A stretch of DNA of 63,764 nucleotides, filler included, from Reticulomyxa filosa (Eukaryota; Protista; Foraminifera), in assembly GCA_000512085.1 (NCBI GenBank). It is 24 parts of 24 records of this genome, joined end to end, with 100 filler letters (N's around TTAATTAATTAA, not from the genome) between each part and the next. Parts side by side here need not be neighbours in the genome. Positions count along the whole stretch, not along the records: positions 26,965 to 28,128 come from ASPP01026346.1; positions 28,229 to 32,125 come from ASPP01003092.1; positions 32,226 to 33,252 come from ASPP01015148.1; positions 33,353 to 36,150 come from ASPP01010207.1; positions 36,251 to 38,501 come from ASPP01012902.1; 19 more parts are not named here. The stretch is one strand, 5' to 3'. The translations under genes were made by a program, and so were the position numbers. Shown here one piece after another: positions 27,217 to 37,208 of the stretch. The notes under the pieces were generated by a model. That model worked only from the letters and a program-made list of their open reading frames with translations. It was not told the DNA's origin and did not search any database. How positions within the stretch are numbered: the first letter of the stretch is position 1; each line of letters opens with the position of its first letter.

Positions 27217-28128
27217 GTGGATGAAACAAAGAAATTAATAAAAATGAAAAATTTAACATTAGAAGAGTTGATTCAACAGATTTATTGTTGTTTAAGTTTG
27301 CACTATTTTCGGAAAATGAAACAAGAAAATTTGACATTTGAAATCTTTGACATCAATGACAATATTATTAATTCTGATGAAGCTGTTAAACAGTCATTTA
27401 TGATGAAAGAGCCTTCATTCAAAATACTTTGGAGATCAATAATAAATGAAAAACATAAAATAATTAAAAATGTATTAGTTGTGATGATTGGAATTAGTGA
27501 ATATACTGATAACACAAAGTATCACAATCTTTCAAATGTGAAAGATGAAGATATCAAAAATTTCAAAGAACTATTTGAACAAGAATTGAATTATGAATTT
27601 GTGTGTAATCAATCTCCACAAATGACAAAAAAAGATGTTCAATCATTTTTGGCCAAATTGGTTGCAAATTATGATCTTCATGACAATACTCATAAATATG
27701 ATGGATTGATAATGATTATTTGTGGACATGGAGAAAATGGAAATATGTTGATGACAAGTGATGGAAAATCTTTATCAATTGATGAAATACGTGCATTATT
27801 TAATTGTGATAAAATGGAATCTTTCAAAGATTTTCCAAAAATATTTATTATTGATATGTGTCGTGGTGAAAACACTCCAACTGCTCACACAACAACAATA
27901 GCGAGAGGAAAGGTAGAAAAAAAGAAAGAAATGCAGTTACTTGGACATAATGACGATGGATTTTTAATCATTTGGTCAACTACACAAGGATATCAAATTG
28001 GCGATTTTTCATTGTTGAGTAATTGCATGAAAAGTGTTGTGATGTCCAAATACAAAAGTGGATATCCATTTAAGCAAATGTTGGATGATGTTCGACAAGA
28101 AATTCGAAAGAGAAACAATGGTGAATGG
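27217..28128 (+). CDS. Caspase/paracaspase-like cysteine protease (clan CD, C14), 3'-truncated
   Basis: Catalytic dyad in IICGHG and PKIFIIDMCRG; p10-like start DGFLIIWSTTQGY; about 75-aa N-terminal domain. Confidence 0.88.
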
Positions 28129-28228
28129 NNNNNNNNNNNNNNNNNNNNNNNNNNNNNNNNNNNNNNNNNNNNTTAATTAATTAANNNNNNNNNNNNNNNN
28201 NNNNNNNNNNNNNNNNNNNNNNNNNNNN

Positions 28229-29337
28229 CCTGTTGCTTTAGAAGTTGCTTCATCTTTCGGAGCTTCCGCTTTCGAGTCTTGCTTGTTTGCTTTTCTCCAC
28301 GTACATACAGCTTTATCAACTAATACGCTGAAATCCATATCCTTGCAATCGAGCATTTCCTTTAATACATCCAAACTTTCTATGTGATTTTTTAAATCTT
28401 TTGCAGATCTGAATGATTGAGGCTTATTCACTATAATAAGCCGTAACTCTTTATATATTTTGGCGCTACCTTCCTGTGATAACTCACTAAGCTCAAGTGG
28501 TAAATTAATAAGTTTAGTATAACATATAGTATATAGTAAGGATCCAATCTTTATGTCCGCCATTTCAAAAAGACTTGAACTTTCAAACAATTTATCAAGA
28601 GATTCTATAGTAAATGGCTTTAAATCATTAAATTTCTCAAATAGTGATTTCTGAGCCTTAAATAACCAACCATTGTTTTTAAGCCATTTATCATACTCCT
28701 TCCTAATGTTTTGGCCATCATTAAAACACAAGTTATAAGCTTTATTAATATTTTGCATTGTTTTGATATTATACTCTGTCTGGCCAGCTATATCTGGATG
28801 ATAAAATTTAGCAAATACTTTATGAATACGCCTTATATCTTCTAATGATGTATCGGGCTTAACCCTCATAGCATCATAACACGTTTTACCCGCTTCTAAT
28901 AAGTCACCGAACCTATTCTTATGAGAGAGCGGGGGAGTATCTGTTACTTCAGCAACAGTAATTGGATCACATTCTTCTACAGATATTTTATTAAAGTCTA
29001 CTTTATCACACCGTAAATAATATAGCTTGTGACGACTCAATATTGGTATAGATGGGTTAAGGGATTGATCAAACTCTATCCCAATATTAGACAAATAGTC
29101 TACTATTTCCTCCTTATTAGCAGGTATTGTATTCTGAGATACGGGTATCAGTATCTTGTGTTCTGCAAATACTATATTCGCCCTTTCAAGAAAACTTTCT
29201 GATTTAAAAAAGTATATTTCATATAGAATTTTATTAATCGACACCTTAGCTACTAAAGCAAGACCATCCTCAGCCAAGCTTTTTTTGACGTTTTCTAAAA
29301 CTGGTTTTGAAGTAGCAAAAAACCACACCATCTTCAC
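28229..29337 (-). CDS. Hypothetical protein with an internal DnaJ (J) domain, 3'-truncated
   Basis: CYDAMRVKPDTSLEDIRRIHKVFAKFYHPD...MQNINKAYNL...RKEYD at about 28882-28686; HPD at 28800-28792. Confidence 0.85.
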
Positions 29338-29357
29338 ATACTCACAAAATATTTTTA

Positions 29358-30749
29358 TTATTCATCTGCAATTTCTATCGCATTAGAGCCTGAGTAACAC
29401 GCTTCTTTTAAAATATCTGTAGGATTTTTAAATTTGGAAGCATCCTCAGTCTCATCTCGTTCAACCAGTAAATCAAATCTCTGATAATAAGTATGCGAAT
29501 GAAAGTTGAAAGATGATGTATCATCGTGCAAAATTTCTACTTGAATAGACGAAACATTATCAATCAACTCTTGTATCAAATCGTCATGAATGGTTTCCAT
29601 GGGGAATATATTCATGCAATTCTCCATTGCTATGTCTACTGTTTTATATATAGATATGCATTTATTTTTATATTCACCATCGTCAACAGCTGCTGCAGGT
29701 CTTTCAATCATACAATTAGACGCATCTTTATGAATTTGTAGGACTTTTGCAAAACATGTTGCCTTGCCAATATCCACAAGAGCTTTTGCTGCCATTTGAA
29801 ATTTTTCGTTAATTTTATCTCTCACAATTTTCGAATCTATATTCTGAAAATCTCCAAGGATATCTTTTGATGTGCCAGCTTCCATATTTTGGCCAAAAGC
29901 TTGTTGATTATTATTGGTTTTGGAAGGAAAAAGGGCATCCATCCACCTAAATAATAAATCATATTTAGTTTGTGAAGCAGTCTCATCTGCTTTCAAACCT
30001 TCGTTAGGAAAATATTTGCGACTTATCCCCAAAATGGCAGCAACTTCATAAAGAAATTTAAATGCCTTTTCTGGATATAGGTTATCATTCTGAAGCTCAC
30101 TAACGTCGGAAGCTATCAGCAGTAGCTTTGTATAATTCGTATGAAATTGCTCTATATTTATTTTATATTGCTTAAGCTTGGCATAAGTTGCTACTAATTG
30201 CTTATAATCATGAAATTCTGGCCTCAATTCTATAAAAGTTGGATTTTGAATAAATGCTTTTAGTTTTTCCAATCCATTTGCCGTAGACTCACGTAAACAA
30301 CCTTCATTGACCGAACCTCGTTGTTTAAGCTCATTATTTGCTTTTAAAATCTGTTCCAATATTGGTAATTGATACAATGTTTCTTCAGTAATCGCCCTTA
30401 TTTGAAGGAAGCTATATAAAGAAACAGAAATTTGGCTATCAACACTTAATTTTTTATTAATATCGTCTGTATAAACTTCTATAGCATCCCAACTAATACT
30501 CTCCATCTTTAGATCTTCATATTGTTTTAATCTTTTTTCCAAGACGTATTGTTTGATGTAAGAATTCATTTCATTCATTACATCATTTAAATTGATATGT
30601 AGATGCTTCCCAGTTTTTTTATATATGTCTACTAAATCCAAAACTTCTTCCGCCTGTTTCCTATTATTTAACATCTTTTGATTGTTCAATTTTGACAGAC
30701 GCCAACCTTTATTAGTACTTCCTTCGATAGTCATAAAGCAACACCTCAT
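29358..30749 (-). CDS. Bacterial-type hypothetical protein (463 aa), probably the N-terminal part of one larger ORF
   Basis: Long intronless ORF without homopolymer tracts, on a contig carrying IS elements. A +1 A at its stop fuses it to the next ORF. Confidence 0.75.
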   Translation of the reverse strand: MRCCFMTIEGSTNKGWRLSKLNNQKMLNNRKQAEEVLDLVDIYKKTGKHLHINLNDVMNEMNSYIKQYVLEKRLKQYEDLKMESISWDAIEVYTDDINKKLSVDSQISVSLYSFLQIRAITEETLYQLPILEQILKANNELKQRGSVNEGCLRESTANGLEKLKAFIQNPTFIELRPEFHDYKQLVATYAKLKQYKINIEQFHTNYTKLLLIASDVSELQNDNLYPEKAFKFLYEVAAILGISRKYFPNEGLKADETASQTKYDLLFRWMDALFPSKTNNNQQAFGQNMEAGTSKDILGDFQNIDSKIVRDKINEKFQMAAKALVDIGKATCFAKVLQIHKDASNCMIERPAAAVDDGEYKNKCISIYKTVDIAMENCMNIFPMETIHDDLIQELIDNVSSIQVEILHDDTSSFNFHSHTYYQRFDLLVERDETEDASKFKNPTDILKEACYSGSNAIEIADE

Positions 30750-30797
30750 TCTTCTTACACATTCATAAGGTACTAATCTGTAAGGTTTTTAAAGTGA

Positions 30798-30948
30798 TGT
30801 CAAGGATTAGGTTAATACAAATGAGATTGTCAAGGAAAGAAAGATAAGGCGATATTTCGAAATCTCCACATAGCAACAGCCTGCCTAAGCATGACAATCT
30901 AACACTGTCAGATTAAATATTGACTTTTACAAATTAATTTAATAAAAA
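30798..30948. promoter_or_regulatory. Possible divergent sigma70-type promoter region
   Basis: Two TTGACA hexamers on the minus strand (30798-30803, 30828-30833) and TTGACT-N17-TAAAAA on the plus strand (30920-30948) between divergent ORFs; -10 matches are weak. Confidence 0.3.
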
Positions 30949-30988
30949 AAGACTTCTATGCTCGAGAGAATGTTAAACAGGTTGTTTT

Positions 30989-31546
30989 ATGAAAATTAGT
31001 GACCTTCCAGAATCAGTGCAAAATGTAATAGAATTTTGTAAGAATAATTCTGAGACTTGCTTTAAAAGTGTGGACAAAGCCTATGAAACCTTCACCGAAT
31101 TATATAATAAATTTCAAAAAGCAGAGAGCTTTAAACTTACTGATAGCAACGGTGTGCATTACGATATTAAGATTGAAAACAACGCTGGAGTTTATGTTGT
31201 CGCTGGAACTTTAGCTGGTGCAGTAGTAGGTGGTGCCCTAGCATTAGCATCTTTTCCTCTAATTATAACTGTAACTCCTGCAACTGGTATTTGGGGATGG
31301 CTGGGTTATACAACAACTACAGCCACTATTAACGTAGCAGGAATAACTGCTACTGCTAGTGGAACCGCTATACTTGGCGGATTTGCTACTGCGATTTATG
31401 CTAATAGAGGTATTAGTGATATTAGAGATATTGATAACTGTATTATAGCAGAACATTCATCTCACTCTGCTGATGAAAATAAAATTTCTATTGAATGCAA
31501 CTTTCACTCTAACAAGATTCTATTTGATCTTTCATTTGATACATAA
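30989..31546 (+). CDS. Hypothetical membrane protein with two Gly/Ala/Thr-rich hydrophobic segments
   Basis: 185-aa ORF containing VVAGTLAGAVVGGALALASFPLII and VAGITATASGTAILGGFATAIYA. Confidence 0.75.
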   Translation: MKISDLPESVQNVIEFCKNNSETCFKSVDKAYETFTELYNKFQKAESFKLTDSNGVHYDIKIENNAGVYVVAGTLAGAVVGGALALASFPLIITVTPATGIWGWLGYTTTTATINVAGITATASGTAILGGFATAIYANRGISDIRDIDNCIIAEHSSHSADENKISIECNFHSNKILFDLSFDT

Positions 31547-31612
31547 CTTAAAATCCTCAGAGATCATTTGCCATGCAGTCATACCTTTGTTCCTAAAACA
31601 ATAGGAGCTATA

Positions 31613-31925
31613 ACCCGAGTTTTGCGGTTAAGGGAATGATTGTAGAATGAAAAAGATGAGGCACTTCTTTGGAGTTGTAACCGCAAACAAGAGGTACGCT
31701 AATAGAACAAATTATGTGAGTTTATGCAACTTTGTCGATGACTTTTGTAAAGCATTTGAACCATGGAACAGAAAGCAAATAATTACAGGGGATAAGGGAA
31801 AGGGACAGAGATGGTAAGCTAAAACTATCAGAAGTTCTGACAATTTTATTAGCGTATCCCCAATCAGGAATGAGTTTGCTTTAAATATCGGGATTGCTAA
31901 CATTTAGATACATGTTATATTAGGG
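31613..31925 (+). mobile_element. IS982-family remnant (left end and frameshifted transposase N-terminus)
   Basis: Begins ACCCGAGTT (IS982-type ACCC terminus). Translates across frameshifts as SLCNFVDDFCKAFEPWNRKQII / RDRDGKLKLSEVLTILLAYPQSGM / CFKY, matching the IS982 pattern FVDDF...LSLSEIxTIxIxFHQSG..FKxF. Confidence 0.8.
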
Positions 31926-31947
31926 GAGCAACTAGCATGGAGTGATA

Positions 31948-32125
31948 ATGCATTCTAGGTTTTGTAATTCAGAAAGATATGTCAAGCATGGTTTAACAAG
32001 AGGTAAGCAAAGGTTTTTATGCAAAAACTGCAATAAGCGCTTTGTAGTTGATTTAGCAGGAAGGGGATATTCCGTAGATGCAAAAATACAAGCCTTGTTA
32101 TTACTAAAGGAAGGTTTGGGGTTTA
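31948..32125 (+). mobile_element. IS1-family transposase N-terminus (InsA zinc ribbon and start of HTH), cut by contig end
   Basis: MHSRFCNSERYVKHGLTRGKQRFLCKNCNKRF...YSVDAKIQALLLLKEGLGF; GGAG RBS at 31939-31942; the first Cys of the ribbon appears as Ser. Confidence 0.8.
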
Positions 32126-32225
32126 NNNNNNNNNNNNNNNNNNNNNNNNNNNNNNNNNNNNNNNNNNNNTTAATTAATTAANNNNNNNNNNNNNNNNNNN
32201 NNNNNNNNNNNNNNNNNNNNNNNNN

Positions 32226-32607
32226 TCAGGTAAACAGCGGAAATCTCAACTGCCATGCCAATGTTCTGCCAAGCCAGCCAATAAGCATGAGCTGTAATGC
32301 CAACACGGCAAACAAGTGACTACCCAAAGCAAAATCTGCGGCGAAGCTGAGCAACCACAGCAGACCTGCACCGGTAAACAGCAGCAGCGGCCACCACAAA
32401 TAACGGGCCGGGGCAGAGGGCCAGTTTAGGTTGCTCACTGATGAGCCAAAGCGCGATAAGCGGTACCAAATAACAATGCATATAGGTATCAGAGTCGCGC
32501 CAGACGGCTTCCATACCAGACAACGTTGGCCAAAACAATGTCAGCCAAAGTACCAGCAAAGTGGCCAGACTAAGCAAATCTTGCTGACTGAATTTAATTC
32601 GATTCAT
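32226..32607 (-). CDS. xrtA: Exosortase A, N-terminal fragment (frameshifted)
   Basis: LFWPTLSGMEAVWRDSDTYMHCYLVPLIALWLI followed by TM segments ending LRFPLF; lies directly downstream of the TIGR03087-type gene. Confidence 0.85.
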
Positions 32608-33252
32608 GAGAATATGGCTCGGACCAGCTGGTTAAAGGCGCCAATGTTGCCTGCCAGGTAAAATTATCTAACACCCATTGCCGGTTCTGGCCGGCATCAG
32701 GCTTTGAGGCCAGCATACTAAGACAATATTCGGCAAAGCGATCGGCATCATCGCTTTGTTGTAACGCCTGATGCAGTGGCGCGTTAATGCCTTCCATCGC
32801 CATGCCGGTTGCGACTATCGGTTTGGCCATCGACATCGCTTCTAGTACTTGTTTTGAATGCCCGGGCAATTCGAAGCGGCGCTACCACAATGGCCGCCTG
32901 ACTAATATATGGCCGGACATCATGCACCGCCCTGTGACGATAATCCGCTCCGATGCTAACGCTTGCACGTCGGCAGTTGGTTTGCCGCCGACAATGTAAA
33001 ACTTCAGCTCTGGGTGCACATCGGCCAGTTTTGGCCAGACTTCGCTGACAAACCAACGGACAGCATCGACATTTGCCCAATAATCCATCGCACCCGTGAA
33101 CACCAGATAGGGTGTTGCACAAGGCAGTTCCGCTGCGGCAGTTGCCACGGTCGGGTCGAAAAAACAGCGTATCAACCCCATTTAATAAGGCCTTGATTTT
33201 GTGCTGGTGTGCTGGAGCAGAAATACGGCGAAACAGGGCGGCTTCATCGTCA
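32594..33252 (-). CDS. PEP-CTERM/XrtA system glycosyltransferase (TIGR03087-type, GT4), C-terminal fragment
   Basis: LVFTGAMDYWANVDAVRWF, VHDVRPYI..VVAPLRIAR and VLEAMSMAKPIVAT spread over three frames; GC-richer bacterial sequence. Confidence 0.9.
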
Positions 33253-33352
33253 NNNNNNNNNNNNNNNNNNNNNNNNNNNNNNNNNNNNNNNNNNNNTTAA
33301 TTAATTAANNNNNNNNNNNNNNNNNNNNNNNNNNNNNNNNNNNNNNNNNNNN

Positions 33353-34460
33353 AATAATAACAACAATGATAATAATAACAATGGCAATAAAAAAAAAAAA
33401 AATGAAAAAAACAAAAAGAACATTAAATAAAAAAAATAAGAAAAAGAAAGAAGGAAAACAAACAAAGCACGACAAAGAGAACATCAATAATGACAAAGAC
33501 AACCAAATGATGTCAATGTCAGTGTCAATGGCAGGAATTGCAAACAACAACAACAATATCGACAAGAAACCCAATAAAACGACAAACGAACCAACGAAAA
33601 CGCCATTGGGTCAGTTTGTGGTATATAATATTCCATTGCCCAATGCTTTGAGAGAGCAGCAAGCGTTGAACGAAAGTGATCAAGAGTTTCTACGCGAAGG
33701 CTATCAACGCATGAAAAATAACGCATTGCAAAAAAAATGGCGCATCGATATGAGTGTTCCAATCATCACCGATGAGATATTCCATCAATGGACTCATCGA
33801 TGTCCACTCGTTGGCTGTAATCAAATTGTGGAAAATAAAAAAGATGCTATCAAACATTTGACTGATATTCATTGGAAAAAAGAACACATCCCTTTTCTTT
33901 ACATTTGCCAAGTGTGTGGTGCTGGCTTTCCACAACACTCCGATATTCAAACCCATTTCAATGACTTACATTTCATTCTCTCTCCTTTGCAGTCCTTTTT
34001 ACAATCGTTTCGGAGTTTTAATATCCCTGTTGAGTACAATACCAAAGAAAGGGGAGGGGGGCATTACAAATTGGAAAAGGTAAAAATAAATAAATAAATA
34101 AAATAAAAGATGTTGCGATTATTGTGTCCCATCCGTGATTGCAAAGCAAGATATTTTTATACAAGCAATGATTTGGCAAAACATTTGAAAAAAGCCCATT
34201 CGTCTAAACTCAAATCTGATGTTCGTTCTTGGCATGACATCATTTTGTTAACGCAAAAATGGAAATTACCTATCATCGAAGATTGGTTTTTTAAATGTCC
34301 CTTCAACTATCATTGCACTCAAATCTTTAAAGATCACAAACATTTCATTTCTCATCTGATGTCTTTTCATTTATTGCCATTCACTTTATCTGTTTATATT
34401 TGTGATGTGTTCAGATATTTTGTTTTTCAACACAAGATTGACATTCAATTTGCTTGTCAA
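33353..34460 (+). CDS. C2H2 zinc-finger protein, partial
   Basis: Four fingers: CPLVGC...HLTDIH, CQVC...HFNDLH, CPIRDC...HLKKAH, CPFNYHC...HLMSFH. Intron ends at 34109; the donor could be 34029 or 34080. Confidence 0.85.
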
Positions 34461-35526
34461 GTTAGCAATTCCTTCTCTTTTTTCCCCTTCCCCCTCCCCC
34501 CCCCTCCTCCTTCCTTTCTCTCTTCACCTTTGGCATGAGGGAAGTATAAATGAATGCTTATTTATTTTATGTCTTTGGACTATAGTTTCGCCAAATCATC
34601 AACAGTGACATGAAACTGAATAAATCGGCCATGGAAAATAAATGTATTGCTTGGACTGCCTTTAAACTGTATGTATGTGTTACCCCAAAGAAAGAGGTGT
34701 GAAAGCGCCATTATGTTACTTTTTTGCCAAGATTTTTGCGAATCGAGCGTTTTTTTATGTTTGTAATACTTTCCACAACTTATTCTTAGAATTTTTCAAT
34801 ATGTAAGTCACTTTTGTTGGTATCATTTCTTGATAGGTGTAACGCAAATCTTCAACATTCAGATGTTGTGTGTATCTGTGATTGAAATCGAATAGTCGTG
34901 TGGGATGATGGATGTTAGATTTTTTAAATTGCTATTATGCATTTTTCCCACAAATTAATGTTTTGTAAGATGATTAGCCTTTTTTGGCATGCCAATACTT
35001 CTTGCCCTTATTGAAGTGATAGTTTTACATTATAACTTTAGGCATCGAGTATATCTTGTCACAAAAGCTTTTGATTCGTTGTTTGTGTTTTTTTCCTCTG
35101 TTTCGTGTGAAGCAAATTTTATTTTTTTTCTTCTGCCCTCCTTTCACTTGGGGAATGATTTTGTCATCGATTTAAAAGTTTGGCTTGAACTTAAGTGACA
35201 CAAATATTTTGTTGCACTTTTAAAAAGCATTCAAAAAAGATTGTTTAATCTAACGTTCATCAAATAAACGAAAATCTAAAATATCACGATGTTTTTGCTT
35301 AGAAAAAATTTCGGCTCGCTACTTTTTCAACCAAAAAAGAAAAGAAGTTAACTCAGAAATATGCAAGGACGCGAATGATGCCACTCTTTTCTGAAACGTC
35401 CGTCATTAAAAACGCAAGAGGGAAATGAAAGGCGGGGAAAAAAACAAATAATAACAAACTGATAAAAAAAACCAAAACAATCTTTTGAACAGAGTGTATT
35501 GCTTCGAAAGAGAATTAAAAACGTTG

Positions 35527-36111
35527 TCAAATGTCGTATGCCCGGCACAAAAATGCTTTTGTTTTCTCAACAATAACATAAGATAGCACAGTGGCAGGTA
35601 ATGCCTTGAACAGATTAGGCAATAGTCCTGCATATAGCCCACTATATCCAGTGTGTTGTATTGTTTTTCTTAGACAGTCCATAGGACCAGAAAAAGTATA
35701 GTAGCTCTTTGTTCTGGTACGTCCAGGCATTCCTTGTGCCTGTAATTTAGTGCGTATCAATTGAAATGGGTACGCAACCATAGTTCCAGAGATTCCTGAT
35801 ACCATACTGAATGCAATCAATGGAGTGATGGTCATTGGATGATCGCCATACCTGTTCTTCCACTCTTCCTTTTTTTTTTTTTTTTGTAATGTCATACAAA
35901 AATTTTTGTTTATGCGGAACAACATTCACATTCGCAAATGATTGCAAAGATCATTGATTAAAAACAAACTTTGAGAGAGAAAAACACGCCCATTTCCACT
36001 GAAGCATAAGGGATAATCCCAGCTACGGACACATTCCAGCCACGATACAAAGCACTGAAGCCTTCATTTCGTGCCAATTGAATTAAGCATTGCACAAAAT
36101 GTTTATGTTGC

Positions 36112-36113
<2 letters not shown>
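35527..36113 (-). CDS. Mitochondrial carrier (SLC25, SCaMC/ATP-Mg-Pi-like), C-terminal part
   Basis: EGFSALYRGW...GIIPYA, YPFQLIRTKLQAQG and GLYAGLLPNLFKALPATVLSYVIVE. Confidence 0.9.
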
Positions 36114-36150
<37 letters not shown>

Positions 36151-36310
36151 NNNNNNNNNNNNNNNNNNNNNNNNNNNNNNNNNNNNNNNNNNNNTTAATT
36201 AATTAANNNNNNNNNNNNNNNNNNNNNNNNNNNNNNNNNNNNNNNNNNNNTTTTTTTTTTTTTTTTTTTTTTTTTGGGGTGAAGTATACGTATACAGCAA
36301 AAAACAAATA

Positions 36311-37208
36311 CCAACAGTGAATACCGTAACAATAGCCCAATATAAGGAAAAGACGTATTGTTTGTAAACGTTGGCATCATCGAGGCCAGCTTTATCGATC
36401 CATGAAATGTCATAAGTGTGTTGGCTGTACCTCCCAATGAGAAACCAGCCACAAGCGATACAATGAGCAGCGTACAGCATGAACAGAACTTTCAAGAATA
36501 AGCTGATGCACAGTTTCACGCGGTTGCTCATGACCGATCCTTCGTAGTGCGACAACATCCTCACTGTCCGAAAGAACCTCATAAACTTAAATATCCGCAG
36601 TAGGCGGTACAAACGCAACACCGACAAAACCACACGACTGTGGTGACTAGTTGATCCATTATGATCCACATTCTTTGAGGTGGGAATGGCCCATATGATG
36701 ATGTCATAAGGAATACTCGTGAGCATATCCATCGCAAAAGCGCGTCTCTTCACGTAGTGACACACGATCATGCGCTTGTTCACTACCAAATCCATGTCGT
36801 AGTAGGCCGTGTTCAAATTCATTACCACGTCCAATAATAGCATCATATCGGTCACTACGTTCAATAACAATTCTGCAAACCAAACTTGTCACTTGTGTTT
36901 GTAAACTTTTCCTTCACGTCTTTTGTAAATACAATGTCCATTGGAATTTCCACTGCTGTGTACAATAACAACAAGATCACTACAAAATCCCAGGCAAAGC
37001 GAAGTCTTGAGAGTGGATGAATCACGTAGTTCAAACATTTTAGTCTCTTCCAATTGCTGCTTGGATCACGAATGAAATTCTGATGCGGCTGCAAAAAGTA
37101 CGCTGATTCTAACACTGATGAGGTTGGATTTGCAACTGGCTGGTACGTTACTTGATGTGAAAACAAGTTTGGTGGGGTTATATGGCGAGTAACTCGAGGC
37201 GAGGCCAT
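36311..37208 (-). CDS. Cyclic-nucleotide-regulated/EAG-like cation channel, N-terminal S1-pore fragment
   Basis: IHPLSRLRFAWD, DVVMNLNTAY, S4 LSVLRLYRLLRIFK, HCIACGWF and pore YVFSLYWAIVTVFTVG; single frameshift near 36880. Confidence 0.92.

Noticed and set aside
26965-33252. Caspase, J-domain gene, IS elements and exosortase as one island or gene-transfer cluster
   Set aside because: They sit on three separate contigs of different composition, joined only by linkers.
5940-36890. Programmed frameshifting or RNA editing to explain single-base frameshifts (GNAT near 5955, USP near 8451 and 8964, PIP5K near 25860, channel near 36880)
   Set aside because: Most lie in or beside short homopolymers, share no slippery motif, and also occur in the bacterial contigs; indel sequencing error is simpler.
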